34,892 nucleotides of DNA from Octopus bimaculoides (taxonomy: Eukaryota), in assembly GCF_001194135.2 (NCBI RefSeq), contig NC_068982.1:149541365-149576256 (forward strand), written 5' to 3'. Positions within the stretch are counted from its first letter, which is position 1; every line of letters starts with the position of its first letter. This document shows, piece after piece, positions 11,341-23,489 of this stretch. A program made the position numbers and the translations under genes. The notes under the pieces are model-generated. The model saw only the letters and a program-made list of their open reading frames with translations, did no database searches and had not been told where the DNA came from.

Positions 11341-11488
11341 CATATATGTTAACAAATCACTAACATGCCAATTTTCTCTGTTGTCCTGTGTGGCAGATGA
11401 CAAAAGGTGAGACTCTTTGAAGCCCACCTTATCTATCCAAGCATCAAAACCAATGCAAACATGAGGAGGAGGAGGAGGAGGAGGAGGG

Positions 11489-12037
11489 NNNNNNNNNNNN
11501 NNNNNNNNNNNNNNNNNNNNNNNNNNNNNNNNNNNNNNNNNNNNNNNNNNNNNNNNNNNNNNNNNNNNNNNNNNNNNNNNNNNNNNNNNNNNNNNNNNNN
11601 NNNNNNNNNNNNNNNNNNNNNNNNNNNNNNNNNNNNNNNNNNNNNNNNNNNNNNNNNNNNNNNNNNNNNNNNNNNNNNNNNNNNNNNNNNNNNNNNNNNN
11701 NNNNNNNNNNNNNNNNNNNNNNNNNNNNNNNNNNNNNNNNNNNNNNNNNNNNNNNNNNNNNNNNNNNNNNNNNNNNNNNNNNNNNNNNNNNNNNNNNNNN
11801 NNNNNNNNNNNNNNNNNNNNNNNNNNNNNNNNNNNNNNNNNNNNNNNNNNNNNNNNNNNNNNNNNNNNNNNNNNNNNNNNNNNNNNNNNNNNNNNNNNNN
11901 NNNNNNNNNNNNNNNNNNNNNNNNNNNNNNNNNNNNNNNNNNNNNNNNNNNNNNNNNNNNNNNNNNNNNNNNNNNNNNNNNNNNNNNNNNNNNNNNNNNN
12001 NNNNNNNNNNNNNNNNNNNNNNNNNNNNNNNNNNNNN
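11489..12037. other. Assembly gap flanked by (GGA)n and an 18-bp GAGGAGGAGGAGAGAGAA minisatellite
   Basis: N run. Other gaps at 13871-14295, 15346-15878 and 29841-30012. Confidence 0.99.
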
Positions 12038-12444
12038 AGGAGAGAGAAGAGGAGGAGGAGAGAGAAGAGGAGGAGGAGAGAGAAGAGGAGGAGGAGAGAG
12101 AAGAGGAGGAGGAGGATAGTGACAGTGATGGTCTGATGATAAGAGTCTTGCAGTGCAGTAACAGGAAAAGCAAAGGCCACAACTACCACCCCCACCACCA
12201 CAACCACCACCACCACCACCACCACCACCAGTACCTAATAGCAACCAGCTAAGTGAAGATTTTAGCATGCCATTGTCCTGGAAATTCCAAACATGGTACC
12301 TTAGTTCTTGTAACTGTAATGGTTATGGAACATGGTATACAGGTGAGTAGTCTAGTTAGTATTGTTGGGCTGGTAATCAATGTTGCTGTTGGTATTGTCT
12401 GAGCAGAGCTTAGCTTTGGTTAGGAAATCCATGATAAAAACAAA

Positions 12445-12605
12445 TCCACCCATGACCACCCCTTCATTTTTACTTCAGACATTGTGTACCTTACACTAGA
12501 TTATCCAGTGTAACTTCAGGTAACATTGTTTTTAAGATGGTCAGATGTGATTTAAAGGTAATTTGAATACTATTTCTGGCAAACTGAGTGATCACATAGA
12601 AGTTC
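12445..12605 (+). repeat. Unclassified dispersed repeat E (other copies 13372-13560, 19930-20010, 31390-31535 on +; about 32025-32110 on -)
   Basis: Shared degenerate motif TTTTAAGATGG..TGATTTGAGGGAGATTT..GCT..TTCT..CAGGTC across five places. Confidence 0.6.
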
Positions 12606-12689
12606 TTTTATTGATGACACTCAGCTTGAGGGTAATTACGGTGGTAGCACATGTAGTAATTATGATGTTAAAGAAAAGGAAGAGGAGGA

Positions 12690-12878
12690 CGGTGATGATA
12701 GCGATGATGACAATGATAACAATGACGATAACAGTGATGGTGATGATGATGACAATGACAAAATGATGATGATGATGATGACAATGACAAAATGATGATG
12801 ATGATGATGACCATGACGACAATGATGGCGATGCCAATGACGACAACGACGATGACGACGACAACAATGACGATGACA

Positions 12879-12911
<33 letters not shown>

Positions 12912-12979
12912 GTGATATCGATAATGATGATGATGGCAACAACAACGACGACAACAAGGATGATGATGACAACAATGAC

Positions 12980-13014
<35 letters not shown>

Positions 13015-13277
13015 CAACAATGACATGATGATGATGATAACGACAATGATGATGATGACGACAACAATGATGGTGATGACAATGATGATGACGACAATGA
13101 TGATGATGACAATGATGACGATGATGTTGATGACAACAATGACAATGACAAGGATGATGATGATGATGATGATGATGACAACGATGACAATGACGACGAT
13201 GACAATGATGATAATGATGACAATGATGACAACAACAACAACGACTATTACAATGAATGATGACGATGACGATGATG
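12690..13277. repeat. Long compound (GAT/GAC/AAC)n trinucleotide array
   Basis: Direct reading; source of the poly-M/T, poly-H, poly-S and poly-I ORFs. Confidence 0.97.
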
Positions 13278-14914
13278 TCAAGCATGAGAAAACAGAAGAC
13301 TGGAAAACTGCAAATGGTGGTTGTTATATAATCCAAGGTCAGTTTTTGACTCAGCAAAATATACGATGACAGACATTCTAGTCATGACCTCACCAACGTC
13401 TGTTTTTTTTAGTTTGTTGATTACATTATCCAAATGGTCTTACATTTTAATTTTTTTTTTTTTTTGAATGAAAGTAGTGTATAATTTGAGGGAGATTTAT
13501 CTGCTGTCTCTAGCCTGCACTTGAGTAACAATAGAGAGCCTCATTCACTGATTTGTGCGAATGGATGGTGGTAGTGATGGTGAGTTTTGGGTAGGAGGAG
13601 GGACGGAAACATGTTGCAGATTGTGATGACAAAATGTTTGATAGATGTGATGGCAGCAGTTGACGATGATGACGATGATGATGATGATGATGATGATGGT
13701 GGTGATGTTGGGCAATGATGATTTCAGTGTTAAAATATGGTGTGAGTGAGTGAGTGGTGGGTATTAGAAAGATGAGGGCAACAACAATTGCAAGAATGGT
13801 TAAAGAAAGTAAAAGAGCTCAAAGAAAGAAGCATAGAAAGAATTAGTAATTAGTTGTAATCATAGTAGTGNNNNNNNNNNNNNNNNNNNNNNNNNNNNNN
13901 NNNNNNNNNNNNNNNNNNNNNNNNNNNNNNNNNNNNNNNNNNNNNNNNNNNNNNNNNNNNNNNNNNNNNNNNNNNNNNNNNNNNNNNNNNNNNNNNNNNN
14001 NNNNNNNNNNNNNNNNNNNNNNNNNNNNNNNNNNNNNNNNNNNNNNNNNNNNNNNNNNNNNNNNNNNNNNNNNNNNNNNNNNNNNNNNNNNNNNNNNNNN
14101 NNNNNNNNNNNNNNNNNNNNNNNNNNNNNNNNNNNNNNNNNNNNNNNNNNNNNNNNNNNNNNNNNNNNNNNNNNNNNNNNNNNNNNNNNNNNNNNNNNNN
14201 NNNNNNNNNNNNNNNNNNNNNNNNNNNNNNNNNNNNNNNNNNNNNNNNNNNNNNNNNNNNNNNNNNNNNNNNNNNNNNNNNNNNNNNNNNNNNNNCCTCC
14301 AGAAAGAAAGAAATATTTTCTCCTTAGTTATTTTTCTTTATCTTTTTTTTTATTTTTGTTTCTTTTACATTCTGCTATATCCATTAGCTCTCCATTTTCT
14401 TGATTTACTCTATACCGACCCATGAGCAGTTCTTCATTTGTAGGTCTTGTGTCATCGTTCTGTTTCTTATTCTTCTACCAACTACAGAATGTTCTTCTCT
14501 CTTCTTTAAAACTAAATTTCTTGTTCTTATTCTTTTTCTGCTTTTTTTTAAAATTTTTTTTATTCTTCTCCTACTTTCCCCATCAGTAATAATGTGTACA
14601 TTATATCTAAATGGAGCCTCAATTATCCAGACATTATCAACTGATGCATAGCTCGTGCTGCTATTAAACTTGCAGATGATATCCATAATAATCAGTCAAA
14701 CTGCACCGATCCTCTACCAACTCCCCCATCACCACCATCAGCACACTGCAGCTGCTAATAAGACATCTCTGATCCATTATCATACATATCTGAGAGTAGC
14801 AGAGATGGACAAAACTGCCAAAGAACTAGGATAAATGCTTCATGATACCTAAAGTTCAGTGACTTGATCAACATTTTGAGTTCAAATCCAACCAGGTTAT
14901 GCTTTTGTTGTCAT

Positions 14915-15146
14915 TTATCTTTCACTTGTTTCAGTCATTAGACTGTGGCCATGCTGGGGCACTGCCCTGAAGAATTTTTAGTCAAACAAATAATTCCTCC
15001 CTACCCCAGCAATTATGGTTTATTTATTTATTTTTTTTTAAAGACTGGTACTTATTCTATTTACAGGGATGTAAACACATCAACACCAGTTGTCAAGCAG
15101 TGGTGGAGGACAAATACAGACACAAAGACACACACACACACACACT
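14915..15146 (-). mobile_element. SINE family A, 3' half
   Basis: CTTGTTTCAGTCATTAGACTGTGGCCATGCTGGGGCAC and CACCAGTTGTCAAG. Confidence 0.8.
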
Positions 15147-15300
15147 TAAGTTCATTTATGGGGAGGGAAACATTTTTGAGTATGCATATAAAAGCTCCTA
15201 CTGATTCCAATTCCAACCTGCAGCAGCAGTTCTATGGGATTGTTCTGTGCTGTGCCAACATAATGTAGGATAAATATTGTAATGATAATAATAATCCCTA

Positions 15301-15345
<45 letters not shown>

Positions 15346-15878
15346 NNNNNNNNNNNNNNNNNNNNNNNNNNNNNNNNNNNNNNNNNNNNNNNNNNNNNNN
15401 NNNNNNNNNNNNNNNNNNNNNNNNNNNNNNNNNNNNNNNNNNNNNNNNNNNNNNNNNNNNNNNNNNNNNNNNNNNNNNNNNNNNNNNNNNNNNNNNNNNN
15501 NNNNNNNNNNNNNNNNNNNNNNNNNNNNNNNNNNNNNNNNNNNNNNNNNNNNNNNNNNNNNNNNNNNNNNNNNNNNNNNNNNNNNNNNNNNNNNNNNNNN
15601 NNNNNNNNNNNNNNNNNNNNNNNNNNNNNNNNNNNNNNNNNNNNNNNNNNNNNNNNNNNNNNNNNNNNNNNNNNNNNNNNNNNNNNNNNNNNNNNNNNNN
15701 NNNNNNNNNNNNNNNNNNNNNNNNNNNNNNNNNNNNNNNNNNNNNNNNNNNNNNNNNNNNNNNNNNNNNNNNNNNNNNNNNNNNNNNNNNNNNNNNNNNN
15801 NNNNNNNNNNNNNNNNNNNNNNNNNNNNNNNNNNNNNNNNNNNNNNNNNNNNNNNNNNNNNNNNNNNNNNNNNNNNNN

Positions 15879-16225
15879 ACCACATGGTTCTGGGTTCAGT
15901 CCCACTGCATGGTACCTTGGGCAAGTGTCTTCTACTATAGCCTCGGGCTGACCAAAGCCTTGTGAGTGGATTTGGTAGACGGAAACTGAAAGAAGCCCGT
16001 CGTATATATGTATATATATATGTCTGTGTGTGTTTGTTTGTCCCCCCAACATCACTTGACAACCGATGCTGGTGTGTTTACGTCCCCATAACTTAGTGGT
16101 TCGGCAAAAGAGACCAATAGAATAAGTACTAGGCTTACAAAGAATAAGTCCTGGGGTCGATTTGCTCGACTAAAGGCGGTGCTCCAGCATGGCCACAGTC
16201 AAATGACTAAAACAAGTAAAAGAGT
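15879..16225 (+). mobile_element. SINE family A, young copy truncated by gap
   Basis: Near-consensus body and tail AAACAAGTAAAAGAGT. Confidence 0.93.
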
Positions 16226-16331
16226 AATATGCTGAAAAATAGACACTAAATCATCTAACCACATGGTGCAGTAATACAAGTGAAAATATTTTATGTGGTT
16301 AAATGATTTAGCTTCTGTTTTTCAGCATATT
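16226..16331. other. 39-bp inverted repeat (35/39 match) with 28-nt loop
   Basis: 16226-16264 versus 16293-16331. Confidence 0.9.
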
Positions 16332-16634
16332 GGCAAAGAATTTTCTTTTCTTTTTGCCCTTATTTATAATTGTGTGTGAGTATATATATATATATACAGA
16401 AGTAAATGTCAAGATAAGCAAGTTAGGGAAGTTGATATGCAAAAAATATTAAATACATTTAATACAAAAAAATGTACACGTTTACATATAAGACGGTCTA
16501 ACTTACACAGAATAGAAATGATATCAGGAATTGAAGGGGTTGAATAAGAGTTTTACCTGCTCAAGTTTAAATCTCTTGAGCACTATGAAGTGTATTCTAT
16601 ACAGAGAATATCTGTCTCTCATCTATAAATAATC

Positions 16635-16941
16635 AGTGCTGCCTGACTGGTACCCATGCTGGTGGCACGTAAAAAGCACCATTCGAGCATGGCCAATGCC
16701 AGTGCCGGTGGCACATAAAATGCACCATTCAAGTGTGGGCAATGCCAGCGCTGCCTGACTGATCCCTGTGCTGGTGGCACGTAAAAAGCACCCACTACAC
16801 TCTCAGAGTGGTTGGTATTAAGAAGGGCATCCAGCTGTAGAAACCTTGCCAGAACAGATTGGCGCCTGGTACAGCCTCCTGGTTGGTCAGTTCTCAGTCA
16901 AACCGACCAACCCATGCCAGCATGGAAAGCAGACATCAAAC

Positions 16942-16978
<37 letters not shown>
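16635..16978 (+). mobile_element. RTE 3'UTR (family B) with internal subrepeats and (GAT)n tail
   Basis: Three GGTGGCAC.TAAAA.GCACC units, CCAACCCATGCCAGCATGGAAAGC, (GAT)n. Confidence 0.88.
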
Positions 16979-17014
16979 TTGATATATACATATATGTATA
17001 TACATGCACAATAG

Positions 17015-17167
17015 GCTTCTTTCAGTTTCCATTTACCAAATCAACTCACAAGGTTTGGTCGGCCCGAAGCTATAGTAGAAGACACTTGCCCAAGGTGCCA
17101 CACAGTGAAACTGAACCCAGAACCATGTTGGAAAGCAAACTTCTTACCACACAACCAATGCCTGCAC
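17015..17167 (-). mobile_element. SINE family A, 5' half
   Basis: AGAAGACACTTGCCCAAGGTGCC. Confidence 0.85.
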
Positions 17168-17168
17168 A

Positions 17169-17376
17169 AGATGGAGAGCTGGTAGAATCATTAGCATGTT
17201 GGGGTCAATGCTTTCAGCCCTTTACAATCTGAATTCATATTTCACCTTGGTCAACTTTGCCTTTCAGCCTTTTGGTGGGGTCATCAAAATAAAGCAGCAG
17301 GTAAGTGCTGGGGTCAATGTAATCAAGTAACCTCTCTCCCCTAAAAATTCCTGACTTTGTGCCAAAATTTGAAACC
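17169..17376 (+). mobile_element. SINE family C
   Basis: GAGCTGGTAGAATCATTAGC, GTCAACTTTGCCTTTCA, GTGCCAAAATTTGAAACC. Confidence 0.82.
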
Positions 17377-17396
17377 ATCAAGCTGAAGGAAATAAG

Positions 17397-17598
17397 TGCC
17401 AGGCACGTAAAAGCACCCACTACACTTTCAGAGTGGTTGGCGTAAGGAAGGGCATCCAGCTGTAGAAACTCTGCCAAATCAGATTGGAGCCTGGTGTCAC
17501 TTCCTGGTCCACCAGTCCTTAGTCAAATTGTCCAACCCATGCTAGCATGGAAAGCGGATATTAAACGACGATGATGATGATGATGATGATGATGATGA
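17397..17598 (+). mobile_element. RTE 3'UTR (family B) with (GAT)n tail
   Basis: Near-consensus 3' end. Confidence 0.88.
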
Positions 17599-18209
17599 TA
17601 CACTTGACAAAACCCCATCCAAAGGTCATTGACATAGCCTACATATTCTATCACAATACTTTATTGAATCTTGGTACTTACCTCCCTCCTACAACCCCCA
17701 ATAATATCAATAAAGTGTGTGTCTTTCTTTAGGAGTTTCAGCTGCATTGACAGTACATGAATTAGAAAGTGGCATAATCTTAAACAACACACACACACAC
17801 ACCAACACAAACACATATACAGACAGACAAACACACACATACACACAGACAAACACACATACAGACAGACAAATACATGTACATGTTATGTACAAGAAAA
17901 GACTTTGTCACAAGAAATTATTATCATTCACTTCTTTTAAATTTCAATCCATGACTTCATTCAATTAATATCCTATTACGTGTACCTTTGAGGCCTTTTT
18001 TCTGTATAAATTCTTCATTTAATTAAATGGTGTAGCTGAGTAATTAAATTTCAGGATTACTGGTGCCAAAAGCAAAGGATTTAAATTCTGCCAAAGGATC
18101 TATTTTGTTCCTTGTCATAGCATGCAATACTTGCCAGTCAGTGAAGTCAACAAAAAAATACACTTTACCACTTCTATTGCACAGTTTTGTAGAATAATTG
18201 ATGTAGTTA

Positions 18210-18607
18210 AGCAGTCATAACTCTGTGGTTAAGAAGTTTGTTTTGCAACTGCATGATTCCAAGTTCAATGCCATGGTGCAGTACCTTAGGCAAGTATTTT
18301 CTATCATAGCCTTCAGTTAACAAATATTGAATGAGTGGAATTTGGTTGACAAAAACTCCCTTTGTTTGGTTAATATGTCGTTATAGATATACTATCTTTT
18401 ACCTTTTAGCTTTTATTTGTTTCAATCATTGAACTGTGGTCATAATGGGGCACCCCTTGAAGGGTTTAAGTCAAACAGAACGATCCCAGTATTTTATTTT
18501 TTTAAGTCTGATATTTATTCTGTTGGTCTCTTTGTTTAACTGCTACATTACTGGTATATAAACAAACCAGCACCACTTGTCAAGTGGGGATGAGGAGATA
18601 AACATAG

Positions 18608-18666
<59 letters not shown>

Positions 18667-18757
18667 CACACACACACACTTTCCATCTACCAAATTCACT
18701 CACAAGGTATTGATTAGCCCAGTAGCAGACACTTGCCCAAGGTGCTGCACATTAGGA
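18210..18757. mobile_element. Two diverged SINE A copies: 5' half on + (about 18210-18360) and a copy on - (about 18392-18757)
   Basis: ACCTTAGGCAAGT on plus; GACACTTGCCCAAGGTGC and tail motif in minus orientation. Confidence 0.72.
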
Positions 18758-18953
18758 CACAAATGTGATCATGTTTATGCTTTGTTGAGGATGTATAATG
18801 ATACCAAAATATGTCCAGTGTTGTTTTCTGCACTTGCCAAAATGATTAAAATAATATTTATTCATTGGTCTAATGCTGTCTTTTATAAATGTGTAAATAT
18901 TTCTTATTAAATATCTCATGTTCACTACATTAAATATGATAGCATAAATTTAA

Positions 18954-19149
18954 CCCATTACCATCTAAACTGGCTTAAATGTTCAAAACTGATCATATCT
19001 AGCTGCTCATGCCTACTTTACTATATCATTCTAAAAGAAAAACAATCACATCATTGAAATATGAAAACTATGAGATAATACATGATTAATTCAAAACAAT
19101 ATGAATGAATAAGCATTGCATTTGACACAGTAATCTGAACACTAAAGGG
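18954..19149. mobile_element. piggyBac-type MITE, second family
   Basis: TTAA-CCCATTA left end, TAAAGGG right end (right TTAA decayed to TTGT); resembles a common octopus MITE by recall. Confidence 0.6.
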
Positions 19150-19419
19150 TTGTATATTGTTTTGCCAGCAGATGCTGTCTCTGAGTAAATAACCTCAGAG
19201 TTGTTGTCTTTTATTTTTCATTTTTTATATCTGTTTTCAAATAACTTTTTCTCATTTTACATTAAATATCAATTCATTTTTTACTGCAATTATGATTTTA
19301 TCTTTTAATTCAGTTCCAATGGTTGCTTGTAGCAGCCAGGTCATTCCGATAAAGTAGACCTATAATGAAAAGCTTGGTAACTGTAAGCATCCTTTCTTCT
19401 TTTTTATTTCTTTTGAGCA

Positions 19420-19600
19420 CTCATGCCAGTGACACATATAAAATACTCAGTGCAGTCTCTTAAGTGGTTGGCATTAGGAAGGGCACAGAAACCAAGCCAA
19501 AACAGGTGACTGGAACCTGTTGCAGATTTTCTGCTTATAAACTCCAGTCAAAGCATCTAACTCATGCCAGCATGGAAAACAGATGTTAAATGATGATGAC
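19420..19600 (+). mobile_element. RTE 3'UTR (family B), diverged
   Basis: GTGGTTGGCATTAGGAAGGGCA, CATGCCAGCATGGAAAACAGATGTTAAATGATGATGA. Confidence 0.8.
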
Positions 19601-19694
19601 TCTACTAAAGGCACCCATGGATCAGATACTTACAACAAACTGGGCTGAGTGTATGTCTACCCCAACAAAAGCAAGTATAGTCCACTTACTCACG

Positions 19695-19842
19695 TTGTTT
19701 CCATCTACCAAATTTCAATCACAAAGCTTCATTCAACTCAAAGTTATGATAGAAGACACTTGCCCAAAGTGTTGTGAAGTGAATTTGAACCCAAAAGCAT
19801 CTAGTTGTGAAGCAAATTTCTTAACAAAGTAGCCACACTGTA
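19695..19842 (-). mobile_element. SINE family A, 5' half, diverged
   Basis: TTTCCATCTACCAAAT, AGAAGACACTTGCCCAAAG. Confidence 0.75.
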
Positions 19843-20599
19843 CCTAATGTGTCCTTTTAACCAAAATATGTCCTGTTAATATGTTAATCAGTTGTGAATC
19901 AAACTGCTTCATTGCACTGTACCACTGTGCCTTATTTTTAAGATAGTAAGGTATAAGTATAGGGGGATTTAGCTGCTTTCTCTGACAGGTCGATCAGGTC
20001 CATTGGAACTCATTTTATTTATTAATTCATCCTCCTGCGTATATCTAAGAATGATAAGAATGAGATTCCATCATAGAATCTGACAACCCAAATGTAATTT
20101 TTGAACTGAAAATACAAACAATAAGATGAACCAACAAGGGCTGCATTTCCATGATCCCTCAACCCACTAGAAATAACAGCCCAAACTCTACTAGAATCAA
20201 ATTCTACCACCATAAACAATGAAAAGGAAGGATGCGTTAGAAAATGTAGTTCTAGGTGTACAAAAAGATCAACTACTTACAAATAAAATGCTCTTAATAA
20301 TTATTGGTCTATCCAATTGGGACTAATCTAGGATTAAGTAACTACTGAAAATATAAATATCTGAAGGTTCAAAACACAGACATACTGCTGGTATAACCAA
20401 GAAACCTAACATCACTCCTGGAACATTAAAGAAATTTTTTTCCGGTGATCAACAAAAATAACCCTTACAATACTTTCCATGATCTTGATGATATTATGTT
20501 TCAAATATAGCAACAGGAAACATTATATTGGAACGAGATTACATCAGCTATCAAATTCATGTAGAAAACAAACAGCAAATGCCATCATATTAATAGAAA

Positions 20600-20930
20600 T
20601 TTTGTATAAACCTACAATATAAGATTAGGCTGAAAGTACTAAATTTTCTCTCAATGTTCCATGGATATAAAAGAGAAGAGATAGGATATATTTATGTAAG
20701 ATAGAAACAGAAAAAGTCAACATCAACCAAGATTAAAACTAGGAATTCTATCAGTCATCAGCAAGAAGCCATTTATATATAAATTATTTAAGAAGCAATC
20801 CAACAAGCTAAAACAGCAAATCTTCTCAAACGAGGTACATTAAAAACTAGAATCAATTACCAATAGAAGTTGCCGAGTTAAAGAAAACTAACCAGTTTAA
20901 GAATAGACTTGATGATAGACTGGAAGAACA
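20600..20930 (+). mobile_element. Old CR1-type LINE RT C-terminal relic; may extend upstream to about 20020
   Basis: NLQYKIRLKVLNFLSM.., RSHLYKLFKKQ..IFSNEV..*NQLPIEVAELKKTNQFKNRLD, matching the CR1 pattern RGH..KL..FFSNRV...WN.LP..VV....FKNRLD with frameshifts. Confidence 0.7.
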
Positions 20931-21280
20931 GGAAATTCATAATGAACAAGTTGGTATTTACAGGATTTACCTAACAGCCATAAAAACCATAATGTAACAG
21001 CAAAGTGAATCTGATGTAAGAATCAAAATAACAAGTTAGTCAATTAGTTTGAATAATTACTACAGTACCAATATAGCATGGCTTATGAATAAATAAATGT
21101 ATAGACTTCTATATTTATGTGTATTTTGTCTCACTCTAACCTTGGGCCCATGATGACATTCTCAAAAAGCTTGAATATTGAATCAATTGATCCAGTGTAA
21201 TTTAATTTTTCATTAGGATTTAATCACTTCTTCTTCTCAAACATATAGGTAAATGCACTTATATGCATAAAAAATATATT

Positions 21281-21860
21281 CTACTAGTTTCAGCTCAGAG
21301 CTGCGACCATGCTGGGGTACAGTCACCAATTTTACTACACTTTCATTACTTGAAACTTCCTCTGATATGCAACATTTTGTGAATGAGGGAATCTGATGTT
21401 GTTGCCCTCATTTGTGTCTCCTACTGTGAGGTTGGTTCAACTGCAACGCTTGACTGGAGGGGATCCAGATTTGTCTTGAAGAGACCTACATCCACTCCAT
21501 GTGGGTTTCTCAGGCTTTTTGAGAGGATATTGAAGAGCTGTGAGCCATTGAAACCCAAACTGTTGCAGTATCTGGTCCTGCATCTTGATGGTGATAGTGG
21601 GATCTTTGGATTTATACAGTAGCACCCCGTTCGGGTTGTTTGTGTAACTTTCAATGCCAGAGCTCAGTACAAGTCCTTCCAGGATTTTCCAGAAGCATGT
21701 CACTGCATATTTTTCTCACCCTTGTTCCAGGGACAGAGATATAACTTTTTCTGCCATTCCCTGTAACTGACCTGTAGCTTTGCTGGATTGACTATGGATG
21801 GGAGCAATTCTCAAAACAGCCAAGGACAAATGTCTTTCAGAAGAACATCATGGTTTCCAG
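21281..21860 (-). mobile_element. CR1-group LINE 3' end (RT C-terminus plus 3'UTR)
   Basis: LSLEQG*EKYAVTCFWKILEGLV..GIESY / RTRYCNSLGFNGSQLFNILSKSLRNPHGVDVGLFKTNLD..EPT (LYSLERRRERY; GP.LFN.LP..R; FK..LD..PDEP patterns), then a short UTR and hairpin tail. Confidence 0.85.
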
Positions 21861-21998
21861 TTTCATATGCATTAAACTGCATGCTATTGTCCTTCAACCC
21901 ACCTGTATATTGTGTCTAACTTTATTTGAAGTGCATAGCATCTCCAGGCTTCTGTGTGTGTATATATATCTATATATATACATACATACATATATACA

Positions 21999-22040
<42 letters not shown>

Positions 22041-22233
22041 TAAAATTTAATAATAAGGGTAGAAATTGATATTAATCAATTAAAACCAGTGGTCCAGCAT
22101 ATTGCCCTTTAACAGTCTGTCGTCTCGCTGAAATTTTGCTGAGAACATATTCTTCCTGGTTAGATGATTCGGCATCTATTTCTAACATATAGAAGTCCAC
22201 TTTTGCTGGTCATTCCTCTTATTTGTGTATGTA

Positions 22234-22268
<35 letters not shown>

Positions 22269-22274
22269 TGCACA

Positions 22275-22364
<90 letters not shown>

Positions 22365-22673
22365 ACTAAGAAAGAGAGAACAAATTTCAAAGGTCAGTGT
22401 TCATATTCACTCAATACATTTCAAAGCATCGGATTCCACCTCATACATAGGTGCATTCATATATACATGATATCATATAAAAATATATAAATATACAAAT
22501 ATATAAATACATAAATGTACATCCGAGGTAGTATGTCCATATCAGAATCAATGAGGATATTAAAATATGCACATGGTGCATGTATAGCGGTAATCCAAAT
22601 AGATGAGAATCTTGGTATAAAATGATTTTTGAAAAGAATCTTCAGCACACACACACATATATCTATATATGTA

Positions 22674-22723
<50 letters not shown>

Positions 22724-23489
22724 ATATATATATATATATATATACACAGAAAGAGAGAGAAGTTTAGATATATACACATATACATTATATATATGTGTGT
22801 GTGTATGCATGCACACACACACACACACGTGTGTGTGTGTGTAATACATTCTTATGCTTTAAATGTTTTTAAATTTGGATCAAGTGAAAAATTAAACAAT
22901 AACTGGCAATTAATCAACTACTTCTGTTTTAAATTTAAATTTCCATCTAGTGAAGATGGTTAATGTGTTTTTAGTTAGTGGGAAACTATCAGATGTGATA
23001 GTCACAGGCTTAAATGTGGGCCACTCACTCACCAACTACCAGCCATGTTATTATGATCCAGTGATATACATTTGGCAGAAGTTGATTGCATTTATTCCAA
23101 TACTTCTTTGGTACTTATTTTATTAAACCCCGGAGGATGAAATGCAAAATAGTATAATCTCAATGCATAAAGGACTGCAAGAGATTTGGTGCAGAACTAA
23201 TGATTTTGAGCTATTGCTTAATTGGTTCTTTCAATTCTTATATAATTAATTATGATGGCCAGTGCTTTCAGATTAGCAAATGTCTATTTCGGTTTGAGCT
23301 GTTGTGTAAACAACTTCCAGTTAGGCATATAATTGAGTATGTGAATTTTGAGAGGAACCAAGGCAATTGGAACCAGCCAGTTCCATACCGGTAATGCAAT
23401 AGATGAAAAATTTAAGTTATAAAAGTTTTTTTCTTTCTGCAGCAAATATGAATAATCCTTGAACATGTAAATATATTTTGAATAGATAG

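Noticed and set aside
12266-12342. Possible 77-nt plus-strand exon ending CAG|GTGAGT
   Set aside because: Acceptor lacks a pyrimidine tract and neither open frame resembles a known protein; revisit only if the 11397 microexon is confirmed (10+77 nt would restore the frame).
12563-13369. His-, Ser-, Met- and Ile-rich ORFs of up to 229 aa (superficially like His-rich cephalopod beak proteins)
   Set aside because: All overlapping frames of one (GAT/GAC/AAC)n array; no signal peptide or Gly-His motif structure.
14405-14686. 93-aa Lys/Arg-rich ORF
   Set aside because: Derived from a T-rich low-complexity tract; no recognisable motifs.
11188-16062. Long ORFs spanning N runs
   Set aside because: Artefacts of translating gaps as X.
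15298-16062. Recurrent peptides such as AIVEDTCPRCHAVGLNPEPCGW in many ORFs
   Set aside because: Antisense translation of the SINE A head, not a gene family.
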